Source: Somniosus microcephalus (taxonomy: Eukaryota). Taken from it: 64,000 nt of DNA. Under the pieces are notes generated by a model. That model saw nothing but the letters and a program-made list of their open reading frames with translations, did no database searches and was not told the DNA's origin. Shown one piece after another: positions 1 to 12,287 of the stretch. A program made the translations under genes and the position numbers. The stretch's first letter is position 1. Each line of letters starts with the position of its first letter. The stretch is taken from NCBI GenBank assembly GCA_052327205.1, contig CM126204.1, positions 73,036,001 to 73,100,000 on the forward strand. Direction: 5' to 3'.

Positions 1-664
1 TACTACAGGAGATCTGCTAGTTTGTCTGTACTTAGTTAATTTATTTGTATTTCATTTATTTATATAAGATTTTGTCTGTAAAATTACAGTCAAATTGAAT
101 AAAGGAAGAAAACAGAGACCATCAGAAAGGCAAAAAATAACCGACACTTTGAAATTTGATTCAAATGAGATTTTTCATGGTCATTTATCTGGTAAAACTA
201 TAGCTGAAATCCTCCTGACAGCTGAAATCTGAAACAGACTTGATGTTTATTGGGGTGAGAAGAGGTGATCAACTGACTATATATATTAATCGATTACAAG
301 TTTAATTGACTAATGATCATCCACTTGATTAAAGGTTTGGCTGTCATGTTTGTTTATTCTATTGATATTCATTGTGTTTCACAATTAATCAGTGGTATAA
401 ATTGAAATAATTGCACTCTTCATTAGTATTAATTGAACCTCTTCGTGCGTGTTGAAAATTATTAACCCTTACCCTGCTGAACAGAAATAAATCTGCGACA
501 CATTCTCTGAGGTGTAAAGAACTCCATGAATTAAAGAAAAATTGTGGTCTTATTCCACCTAGAAGACTAATTCAGCTTTTGATCAAAATGTGAGTAGAAG
601 GTAAAATTAGTGATTTCTATCCCCCCAAAATTGGGCACTTTTCATATTTTGAGTGAAAAGGGAA

Positions 665-1193
665 AGCAATTTAATTGACTACTTGCATTATTTTCAGGCG
701 AAATGATAGGTCGACTCCCATCCAAAACGGGTATGGATTTGGTGGAGCGACTGCACCACCTGCCTGAAGCCAGCGTCGGAAGGCTCGAACCATTTTCAGG
801 TTTGGGCCTCTTCAGCATAATTTGGGGGAGCTGCCAAGCACTCAATGAAGTGACAGCTCATTGCCAAACCAGGGAATGGAAAATAGTCAGGTCCATTGTT
901 GATTTGAGCTGGAGGTCTGTAGTAAAGGAGGGGGAGACGCACTGGTTGGGGCCCATCCAGCAGCTGGCAGCGGGCTGCAGTATTTTACTACTGCTCCTGA
1001 CCCCACAAAAAATTTCCCCCTTTAAAGACCACTGGTTAGGTACAAATGGGCATAGCATGTGATGTGCATGATCCACCCATTTTACCTGACAATTGCAAAC
1101 GAGGTCCTACAATTCATATGTTAGCAGCCTCTCACCTATTTTGAGCAGGCAGGCTGTGCATCCATTTACAGGCCTATCTGAAAATTGAGCCCA
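665..1193. mobile_element. Old, degenerate Harbinger-like non-autonomous element
   Basis: GC-richer island ending in GAAAATTGAGCCC, like the GGG...AATT termini of the other Harbinger derivatives. The left end is unclear. Confidence 0.35.
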
Positions 1194-1240
1194 AGGGACA
1201 TCGCAGTGCATCCCCATTTTCTACTGCCAGCCGCCTTTTT

Positions 1241-1648
1241 CTTCATTCATTTTCAGGAAGTGGGCATCACTGGCAAGGCCGGCATTTATTGCACTTCCCT
1301 AGTTATCCTGATAAAGTGGTATGCAACCTAATGGCTTGCTAGGCCACTTCAGAGGGCAGTTAGGAGTCAACCACATGGGTGTGCATTTGAAGTCACATAT
1401 AGGCCAGGCCAGGTAAGGACGGCAGCTTTCCTTCCCTGAAGGACATTAGTAAACCAGTTGGGGTTTTATGACAATCCAACAACTTCATGGTTACTTTTTA
1501 CTGATGCCAGTTTTTTATTTCAGGATTTTAAAAATTTAATTAAAATTCTCAAGCTTCCATGGTGGTATTTGAACTCACGTTCTCCGGATTATTAGTCCAG
1601 ACCTCTGTATTACTAATCCAGTAACATAACCACTACATTACTGTACGG
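1241..1648 (-). mobile_element. tRNA-derived SINE with a LINE-type 3' tail
   Basis: The minus strand reads GTAATGTAGTGGTTATG (A-box-like), then GAGTTCAAATACC (B-box), then GCAATAAATGCCGGCCTTGCCAGTGATGCCCAC and an (ATGA)n-like tail. This is a common chondrichthyan SINE. Confidence 0.7.
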
Positions 1649-3362
1649 ATGGGTGGCGATTAAAAACCCCCCCTTGATGCAGTAAAGTAGAGGCAATATC
1701 TGAGCCTTCATTTTTTGATATTATTGAGCTGTTTTGAAGATGCCTGAGCCAATGCCGCTGGTAGACAGCTTTATTGTTGGGTCCCCATGGTGAACTATAG
1801 CCTACCTTCTCACCAAGGAATAATCCATACTCTGGTGTGAGTAAAAAGGAAAGCTATTTAAAAAAAAATCTTAATCTAATCTGCACCATAAAATGTATAT
1901 TTCAGTACTTCAGTCAAACAAATACTCATATATAGTAGAGTCAACTGCTTTTCAATAGGTTTCTGTTTTAACTTCCAATACTAATGATTTCTAAATGGAA
2001 CAAAATCTTGTTTGAGTAACTACCCAGCTCTAGCAACCTGTTTTCATTAATGTATCATGTTTCATTTTATTTGGATGATGATTAATCATACTTCTACAAT
2101 CAAAATGTTAAATGTGTACATGTAATCTTAAGTCCTCACTCCAGTATTAGTTTTCTTTAAAAGTAACTCACAAATAGACAAGTTTTCTTTGAAACAAGTA
2201 GAATGATGTAAGCAGACTGCTTGAGATCTATTCCTGCCCGAGAGTGGGAATCCTTTGGTTTCCTTTACACACAGAAATCAAGTGGTAATATGAGCTCATT
2301 TACTGCAAGTGAACTTGGCAGTGTTACCTGGAGAGCAGAATGTGACTCAAAAGATGAAGGCAATTGCTGTGACAGAAGTCTTTATTAGCCTGGGCAGTAT
2401 TGTAACATGTACACAGGGTAGAGCAGAGAAGGGTGACAGGCACCCAAATGGATTCAAGGCAAACTACATCAGTAATCATGCTTTATGTACTTCCAAGTCT
2501 AGCATGAAATTGGGTTTTAGTTGGTCTTTAATGAGAGAGAGCCATTTGGAAGGTTTTAGTCCCTGGCAGGAGATCACCTTTCAGCATGGTGGATTGCAAG
2601 AGAGTAAAAGCAGAAAATTCCAATGTGCATTGTACCTGACAAATTTTATGATGATTTTTCACTGCGTTTTGTGCAGCAATCTGTTTTAACTTAAACTAAT
2701 TATTATTCATTTAACATTCATCCCCTACCCCTAAAATATATTTACTCTAATCTTGTTTCTGAATTATGAAATGTTGGTAAAATGACTTTTTATTTTCCTG
2801 GTATAAAAATGGAATTTTCTCATATATAAAACTAATACTATAGTTATACTGCACCTTTTTTACTGGTGCCATATTGAGACTTTTACAACGTAAGTGCCAA
2901 CACTGCAGTGTACTGTTGGTGATCCAGGACTGTGGAGCTTTATGCTTCACACCAGTAACAATATAACTGCTGTCAGTGTGACATCTGACTTTTATACAAC
3001 TTTTTTTTAAAGCTTGACAGTAAAAGAGGCAAGCATTCTATTTTCCACTAACTGGAAACAATTGACACAAGAGCTTCATTTTTCAGTCAGAAGAGGACTC
3101 AGCAATATACGATATGCTACGTGGCCCTCCCTGCATGCATGCCCTGTCACCCTAAGCTCCAGTGTGATTCAAGTGTGTGGTGTAACTCTGGCTCCCTGCT
3201 CACATGACTGCTCAAACTCTGGTGGTAATGTACTGGCAAGTTCAATGTAATAGTGGTTTAGGACAACAAAACAGTGGCCCTTTTATAATGCATACTCAAA
3301 ATATCTGCATAGAAAATGATGTGGAAAGCATTTGAGACTACAATTGGTTTAAAATGGAAAGT

Positions 3363-4143
3363 TTAGGAAAATTAGAAAAGCAGAGTATTTTTTAAATGGT
3401 GAGAGATTGGGAAATGTTGGTGTTCAGAGGGACCTGGGTGTCCTTGTATACGAATCACTGAAAGTTAACATGCAGGTACAGCAAGCAATTAGGAAAGCAA
3501 ATGGTATGTTGGCCTTTATTACAAGAGGATCTGAGTATAAAAGTAAAGATGTCTTACTGCAATTATATAGGGCCCTGGTGAGACCACACCTGGAGTATTT
3601 TGTACAGTTTTGGTCTCCTTACTTAAGGAAGGATATACTTGCCATAGAGGGAGTGCAACAAAGGTTCACCAGACTGGTCCCTGGAATGGGGGGGATTGTC
3701 CTATGAGGAGAGATTGAGTAGACTAGGCCTATATTCTCTGAAGTTTAGAAGAATGAGAGGTGATCTCATTGAAATATACAAAATTATTACAGGGCTTGAC
3801 AGGGTAGATGCAGGGTGGCTATTTCCCCTGGCTGGGGAGTCTAGAACCAGGGGTCACAGTCTCAGAATAAGGGCTCGGCCATTTAGGACTGAGATGAGGA
3901 GAAATTTCTTCACTCAGAGGGTGGTGAATCTTTGGAATTCTCTACCTCAGAGGGCTGTGGAGGCTCAGTCGTTAATTATATTCAAGACAGAGATCGATAG
4001 ATTTTTGAATATTAAAGGAATCAAGGGATATGGGGATAGTGCAGGAAAGTGGAGCTGAGGTAGAAGATCAGCCATGATCTTATTGAATCCTAAGGTTCGA
4101 GGGGCCAAATGACCTCCTACTGCTCCTATTTCTTATGTTCTTA
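3363..4143 (+). mobile_element. 5'-truncated CR1-clade LINE (ORF2 C-terminus plus 3'UTR)
   Basis: Translates to QRDLGVLV...LYRALVRPHLEY...RRNFFTQRVVNLWNSLP and ends in a TTCTTATGTTCTTA tail. Approximate TSD: TTAAAATGGAAAGT (3349-3362) vs TTAAAATAAAAAGT (4141-4154). Confidence 0.92.
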
Positions 4144-6370
4144 AAATAAAAAGTGTTTTATTTTAAACTAATGGTGATCTGAAATTCTTTATACATCATT
4201 TTCTATGCTGACCCAGTGAAAAACCATATACACAGTTAAATGTTGTGCACTACACATTTTTATGACTGTAGTCTGTATTTCCTTTACAGATTACAGTTGG
4301 CTTCCCAGCCTGTAGCACCATCAAATTGATATTCTGTGAAATTAGAATGCAATATTTAAAAACTACAATGTGAATCAAGTATAAAGCATAAACACAATTT
4401 TGAATAGCCTCGCCTTCAGTGATAGGTCTCAGATGCTTTATTGTCCAAAGTAAGTTGTTGACTTTATCATTACATATTCAGCTTCAACATAGCACACATT
4501 TTAAATCTGAAACATTTCGATGTATGACACTAAACCTTATCAAGTATCTACTGTTACTAAGGAGTGCATTGCCACCTATGCTTGGATAGACAAAGTAGGA
4601 AGAAGTTTTATATTTTTTGTGGGTGAGGGATATTTCATGGAGATGCTCTATGTATATATTATGCTGCCATATTATTAAAAGATGCATAATACAATTCTAA
4701 ATAAAAAGGCAAATGAATACATAAGCAGAAAAAAGAAAGTTACAAAATTACACATTATTATATATCGGGAAATAAGACATATTTACAGACAGGCAGCAAG
4801 GTGGTCACAACCCTCTAAGAATATATATCAGGTGAAAATGGTAGAATAAGGAATAGTCATTTTGTAAGGTGGGGATAGGGCAGACATCTGGTAGATCCAA
4901 AGCTGCTGCTGCAAAGCCCCAGGATACAGAGGCAAGCTGTTTCAGCTATCCATAGATTTTCTCCCAAAGGGAGTTGATGAGCCTCTGGGGAAACAGGAGA
5001 GGAAAAAGTGGGGAGAGAGAAGAGGTTGGGTTTGCTAAAGTGTGCTATTTGAATAACATGAAAATTAAAATGCAAAACACATTTGTTTATTGTTGCCTAA
5101 TTCCATCTGTGACAAAAACAGTACACAAAGTGGGCCATTAGCTTGAGCACGGACTAGAATCTGATGGTGCTTGTTGATTATAAATTGTAGTAGATACCTT
5201 GCAGGATTCCATGTGACCTATGAAATTAAAAACCAGCCTTGTAACAATTTTACTGTCATCTGTGTGCCTCCTGTAAAATGGATGATTTAAAATACAAACA
5301 AGGTCTGGTTTTGCACTCTGCAATACCAGATAAAAGGAGCTATCTGAGAGCATGTAATCAAAGATGCAAAAAAGCTGTCATTTAATCCATATTTCTTTAT
5401 GGATCTTATTGTTAATTTGGTCTGTTTGACAGCAAAGTACAGTGTTTATGATACTTTGTTGTTGAAAAGCAGAGATTTGCTATGTTAATACTTGGAACTC
5501 AAAAGAATGCATGCATTGGAATATTCATGTGAGCAAGTCGTAAAACTTGGTAGAAATTTGCTTTTTTACAATGAAGTATCTTTTATACCAGTTTTAAAAA
5601 AAAATGATTCAAACACTCATGTAAGTTTCTTAGTTTGTGACTTTGAGGATTATTGTGAATTTATAGGTGTAAAGTGTAGCACCGGACCTAGCCCAGCTAC
5701 ATCTACACTTACCTTCCTGTTCAAGTCAGGTGCTTTGTGAATTTATTGTTTTCTACAAATTCTTTATTGCATCAAGATTTGCCAGTACAAGTCAGTACAT
5801 ATAGTAGAATGTTAACGATTTAATAATCCTCCCCAACTGGAAGTAGCTTTTATGCTCCACCAGGTTTGATTGTACGCTCAGATCAGTAATTCTGCTGCGG
5901 CTAACTGAACACTTTACTAGTGTGCTGAAGTTAACATTTCAGGCAGAACATTTTGAACTGGCCAAAACACATTCCTGAATGTATGGGGGTCATTTCCAGC
6001 TTTGCCAAAGTTGAAAATTATCTCCTGTGTCTTCTATTTTTTTATATATGTAAAAGTTGAGCAAGTAAAACAGGACCCTTATTAGTACAGAACAAGGCTA
6101 GACAGAATAGTTGACATATTGATAAACACCGTTAACTTATAAGTACTTGAATTGAGCTGTTTTAATCATTCTAATAACTTAAATAATCTGCCACTTAACC
6201 CTCATGCTAAGTGGACTTTTTTTAAACTTCTTTAAATGTAAAAGTTTTTGACTCATTGCATTTAATTTCACCTACTCAAAACTGTTGGTCTGGGCTTAAA
6301 ACTAACCCTTGTAAGTGGCATCCTGCAGCACTTACCGTACTGTGCTCTCTTTTTAGATGCCTGGTTTATT

Positions 6371-7106
6371 GGGCCGGATATTCTGATCTCTTCGGGTGGG
6401 TACCCGCTGGGTACCCACCTGTAGGGACATCGGAAATGTCAGTTTCAGGCATGCACTGCGCATGCGCTGAAAACCGGCATTTCCGATTGGTCAAGAATGC
6501 TCTTGACAGATCGGACGCCTGCCCTAGAGCAGGGCTTCTGCGGGCGGATAGTTCCACTTTCTGGAGAACCTCCGCCCGCAGAAAACCCTTAGAAATCTTA
6601 CGCCTGGACCAGGATAAGAGTTGAAAAAAGTAAAAAAAAAAAAATTTCAGTCATTTATCATTTAAAAATACTTTTTAAAGAAAATGATAAGTTTATTTTT
6701 AGCCCTATAAAAAACTTTAATTATTTATTTCAAAAAATTAAATTTTTGTTTAAAATATTTAATTTATTGTAATTTCAACTAATTTTAAAAATGTGATTTA
6801 AAAAAAAATGTATTTAATGTTTTAAAGTATTTTAGGGGTGATCTCCATTCATATATTTGACAGGTCTATCTGTCAAGTGTATGAAGCGAGATTCCCTTCT
6901 TTGATTGACTCCCCATGGCCCACGTGATCCCAGGGACGCTTGCGAACTGCCTGCACCCCTGGGATACATGGGCCCTGCGCACTTGGAGTTGGAGAGGCCC
7001 AGCATCGGAACTATACGCACCTCGGGAGCCCTCAGGTAAGTGCGTAGATTTTTTCCAGATTGGAGACTTCCACACGTGGGAAACCTCCGATTGGAAAATA
7101 GGGCCC
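6371..7106. mobile_element. Non-autonomous Harbinger-type element (MITE family A)
   Basis: Imperfect TIRs GGGCCGGATATTC / GAAAATAGGGCCC with ATT on both flanks (6368-6370, 7107-7109). A second, inverted copy lies at 33329-34391. Confidence 0.8.
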
Positions 7107-8879
7107 ATTATTTGTTTACGCCAACAGTCATACAAGTTTTTGGACATGTGAAAGCAGTGCATGACTGTTTGTGTAGCTTCTAACCTGTGGTGGAATAGTA
7201 ATCAAAACAGTGGCGATGCAAACCAACTTGTACCTATATGGAATATAAGCTTAAAAATGTTTGGTGACAGTAATAGTGGACAAACGCTTAATGGGTTCAT
7301 GTAATATCCTTCTGTCTGATAGTTCAACAGAGGCGTTAACTCTCAAAATAGCAAATAACAAATGACATCTGAATGCATTGTGTGATTGTCCACTAATATT
7401 GGACCTACAATGATTAAAACCTCTATGCAAATTACATTGTACTGCATTGCTTATGTGAAACTAACGATTTGGCCTTATCAGAAAGGATCCTCACAATTAA
7501 GTGAAAGGCATTTTATACTTTTTAGATGAGGGATAGGAAAAAGAGGTATGCCTTTCACTGAGGGCAGAGGGTTAACCATTACTTTTAAAAACAGTACAGT
7601 ATGTGTTAGTAGTAAAAGTAGGTCAGTGCATTTAAAGCATTAAATCACCTCTTTAGTCCAGTAGATTTAACACAGACTTATTCAAATGATCATCAGTCTA
7701 CTCAAGTTGCGCATAGAGCCAAATTCACCCAGCAGCTCCAACAATAACCATCACAGGCCTCAGAGGGTTAGTAACTGACCAGAGCTATAGTTTGATGATG
7801 TTACATAGACTGACAGATCAACAACAATATAGATGCTTTAGGGAAAGCTTGTGTACAAGGCCTGGATAGCCCAAATACAGCTGTAGTATTAGTAATGTGA
7901 TCTCACTATAAATAAGAACCTATGAATCACTCAAGTCTGAGACTGCACACAGATGCAGATATATTTGTGTAGTATAGGGTATCACTTAATGTTAAAGTGA
8001 TGGTATTAAAAGGAGTGAAAGGTCTTACAGTCCTCTTAATTTGCCTTGTAAATTGTTTGTCCATGTTTCTCACTATGTACTAAATTACACGATGGTTTGT
8101 CAAACCAAATGATTCTTTACATGTATAAAGGAACTCAGAATCACAGTAAAATGTGATTCTTATTGTTCTTTCAGTCAAAGTTCTTTTATTAAACAGTTTT
8201 CAATTGTCACTTATGTAGCACATTTCTCTCTTCTGACATTTATAAGTAACTTTGTTTCAAGTGTAGTTCAGTAATATGAGGGTCCCAGTTAAATTTAGAG
8301 CCTTTAACATTAAACATTAAACCACATTTCAGTACGTAAAAATGTTTAAAAAGTGAAATCTTGCCAGTGAAATAAAGATAATAATTGCGGTTAGTTAACC
8401 CCTTGTACTGTATAGCAGAAATAAGAGGTCTATGGTTGCTGTGGTTTGGAATGGAATGATTAAGGATAACATTGTTCCAGTAAAAGTTCAGATGTTATTG
8501 GCTAGAAATTCAAATCCCATTTTTCAGTTGCCAAAATCTCCAATATGGTGGGCAAGAAGCATGCACTCAGTTCAAGCCAGATGTGCACTGCCCGCATATT
8601 GGATTGGGCGTCTCCATGGACATCTAGAACTACTTAAAGCAATGAATAACTTATGTAAATAAGGCTCCTACTTTTCTGATTTTGGTATGCCAATTTTAGT
8701 ATGGTCTGGAAGCCCCTGTCAACATTGGCCCCCAATGCCAAGATGGCAGCCATCTGAGCTTCCACAGCAGATTTGAGAGATGTTAATGGAGCTGACCACA
8801 GGTCCATGTTGGATAGAATGTCATGTAGGGCATGTAGGCTGAGATAGAATAAGGGAAAAAGATGATGAGGCGTGAGGAA

Positions 8880-8950
8880 ACAACAACAACAACTTGTATT
8901 TATAAATCGCCTTTAAATTAGTAAAACATCCCAAGGTGCTGCAAACCTTC
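8880..8950 (-). repeat. SINE/LINE 3' tail fragment with (AAC)n
   Basis: AACAACAACAACTTGTATTTATA...CATCCCAAGGTGCT resembles the Deu-SINE tail at 28801-28870. Confidence 0.5.
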
Positions 8951-9139
8951 CGCAACATCTCCTCCAGCGATGCCAGTCACCACGGCAATGCCTCTGCCTC
9001 TTCCCATGATGGCCAACATGCTTTCTACAAGGGGTAGAGGGTGTGCTGGCGGGCCCAGCCTCCTCTGCTGGCAGCCTGTTGTTTGGAGTTGTTTTTGGGT
9101 GCAATTGTATTTCTTGGCCCGTATAACTCTGGATACTAA

Positions 9140-9976
9140 GGGCAAGATTTTCATTGTGCCGTGGAGTCGGGATTGGAGGCGTGCGGGGAGTTAAAATCCC
9201 AAAATCGGGGGTCCCGACCCCATCCCGCACCCAACCTGCCTCCATGCCAGTTTCAAAGGAGGCGGGTACCCGCCCCGCACTGGGACCCGCCTACCCGAGG
9301 CGGGAAGGGATTACTGCCAATTAACTGCCTGTTAACAGGTAGTTAACAGGCAGTTTTTAGCCTAATCCCTATTTTTAAGGTTGAACTGTGGGATTCCCGA
9401 CGGCTCCAAACCATGCCAAGTTAGAGGAGTCGGGCCGTCAGGTTGAAGGGCTTGGATGTCGGTGTTCAGGTGAGTGATGTGTGCATGAATGCAAAGGTAA
9501 GTGTGTTTGGTGTGCCTAAAGTGATTAAAGAAGTGTAAATTACCTTTTCTTACCTTTTCAGCCTTCCTTCCTTCCTTTAGGTTCCGGGAGTCCCTCATCT
9601 CACCGGCACAGAAAGCAGTATGGCTACGAACTGTCAAAAGTGACAGCCTGCAGCTTTCTGTGCAGGAGAGATTTCTAACTGAGTCTATGGAGAAGGACTC
9701 AGGTTAGAAGTAAGACTGTCAGTGTTTGACAGCTTCAAACAGCCGTGAAACACTGATATTTCATCTGTCAAAACGTCTTGACAGATGAAATTTCAGTCTG
9801 TGACGTCACCTCTTGCCGGGTGGCCCTTAATTGGCCCGCTGAGCCCGCTGGGCGGGCTCAACAAGGTCAGTCAAGTTAAAATCGCGTGGATTGGCCGCAT
9901 CTCGATGGAGGTGGGACTACAACCCCGAAAGTTGTAGTCCCGCCTCCAACCCGACTCCTGAATGAAAAACCAGCCC
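9140..9976. mobile_element. Non-autonomous Harbinger-type element (MITE family C), palindrome-rich
   Basis: TIRs GGGCAAGATTTTCATT / AATGAAAAACCAGCCC enclose a CpG-rich interior. The flanks (TAA / TTG) do not match as a TSD. Confidence 0.7.
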
Positions 9977-12176
9977 TTGTATTTAATTACAGACCGAGCA
10001 CTGGACTGGATAGCAGCGTAGCCTTCAGCTCATTCGGATGGGATATTAGAATCCAATGCAGATCCAAAATTTGCATAACTCAATTTCACTGGGCTGCTAT
10101 GTCAGTATTTTTGTGCCAGGATGCTGAACAGTGCAATTTGCAGCTGCATTAGCATATCTCAGTTTCAAAATGGCACTGAAAGTAACCAGAGGTAGGACAT
10201 CCTACAGTCCCAGCAGATGGAGGAAAAGGTTCAGCGGGACTCACGATATAAATGGAAGATCGGGTGTGGCACAGGAAAAGATCCATGCCATAGGAAATCC
10301 ACTCCAGCACTGCTCATGAGCAGCTGACTTCAGTATTTCTGTATGTCCTTTTTACCTTCAAATTCTTAGATGTACCCCGCTTCTCCAGTTTACAGGCACA
10401 GCAAATCAGTACTATAACACTGGATCTCTGTTGTGGAGCACTGAAAAAGTAAGATCTGAATAGATCAGGCTGGAACATTTTGGTGTTTTCTCACTTCAAT
10501 ACATTACTTGCCTTGAAGCTTGAGTGTGACAGTCTTGGCACATGCAGTATCATATGCATTAACCTACTTGCTTGGTAATTGCCTTTTGTTTTCAGCTTAG
10601 TAAATGGTTTGCTTTCTCCTGTGCCTCTCCCAATTGATACAAGTGTGCAGAGACACAAATAATCAGGTTATTAATGTGCACAGCTTTGTGGTGCTTTCCT
10701 CTTGCTCCGAGCGTCTGCCAGGATAACAAAAGACTTGTACGTGTTGCATTCGGGCACATTTCCACCACACCGAATCGCCAGTCTATGAGGTCTCATTCGG
10801 GTTAATGCAACAGCAGTCAGGCGTCTGTGATGAAGCTGTATTCCTGTTCCTGCCAAAGTAATTTCTGAGCAAAAATAAAAGGTTCAAGGCTTGTCAGCAT
10901 TAGCAGCTAGATAGCTGCTTAGACCTAATGAGAAATTGGACATTGCTAGACTCTGAGCTATCTTGCCAGAGTCATTTTTCCTGCTTGCCTTTTGTCGGAA
11001 CGACAGAAAGAGATGTTGTTCAATTAAAACCTCTGACCTGTTGTGGGCTCTTGGAGGCGGCCCATTTCATGCTGGTGATGTGAGTGATTGGCAAAATTTA
11101 GACAGTTTTGAACCATACAACATTTTTCAATGTTGCTGTTACATTCAAAGCAACAACAAAAAATCATTGACACTTCCTGTTAGCTGGTTTCCGTGGTGAC
11201 ACACATTCCCAGGAGAAATTTGATATAATTAAATTAGGCTTCTTTTGAGGTCAATAAATTAAAAGGAAAGATTGTCCTTAAGGCAGTGATCCCACTTGGA
11301 TTTACTATAAACTGCAATTCCATTTCTCTTTTTTAATATCGTAGGAGTGCTACAAATAAAATTGACTTAAAAATTATACTTCTGTTTCCCTGGCCTAAAT
11401 ATTCATACATACTATACTGTCTATTGGCCGAAAAGTTTGTATTTTATTGGGAAAGTAATTAAAGATTGGCAATGATACACACTCTTACATGGAGCATCTG
11501 TTTAAAATTTAAATTAAAATGTAAAATTTTATCAATGTAACATTTCTTCCTCTTGATATGACAGAAATACCTTAATGATTTCCATTTCTTTTTTATAATA
11601 TTTTTTAATTTAAAATATGTGAATATCATGATTTGGTTTTGAAGTATGACCAATAGAAACTCCTTTTCGTCAATGTGCTTCCCATATTTTTTGATAAGGA
11701 TATCCTTTCAAAAACCTTCTTGCTATCATATTAATCTGTATTTATGCACATCCCTTCATAAAACAGACAAGCTACCTGGAACTTTGGTTACTAATTGAAG
11801 TATTTTCTAGTTGATGGGGAAAGAATATGGAAATGTAATACCTTGTACATTATTTTGTCATTAAAATGTTTTCTTGGATTTGTTTCACATATGCTAACAA
11901 TGCATTGAATATGATGCTTCTTATTGCTAACACAATTTAAAATCTGTTTTAATCTGTATTACAGAGGTACAAATTCACAAGTAGTTATTGAATATTGTCA
12001 AGTTAATAGTTCTATAAAACCATTATTTAAATTTTAAACTGTATGCCAATCGAGCAGTCTCTGAAGAAAAACAATTCCGTATTAATTCAAGTCGTCCATC
12101 ATGGTGAACCATCGATTTGGTAATGAGCATTTGTATTTTCATTGTATTTTTAAATGCTATTTTTCTTCTTTTTCAG

Positions 12177-12287
12177 GCGTGCGCTTAGATAGAGTACGTG
12201 GAGGACGGCAGAAGTACAAGCGCAGGATAGACGCAGAGAACAGCCCTTACTTGAACCCTCAGCTGGTTCAACCAGCCAAAAAGCCAT
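12177..12287 (+). CDS. ESRRG: ESRRG coding exon (111 bp): DBD C-terminal extension/T-box and hinge, (G)[36 protein letters not shown]
   Basis: A pyrimidine tract and tttcAG precede 12177, and GTAAGG starts at 12288. Phase is 1/1. The peptide is the ERR-family [17 protein letters not shown] motif with the gamma-type hinge. Confidence 0.97.

Noticed and set aside
1-12176. Possible upstream ESRRG zinc-finger exons
   Set aside because: No C4 zinc-finger peptide was seen in the ORF track or by eye; these exons lie upstream of the window.
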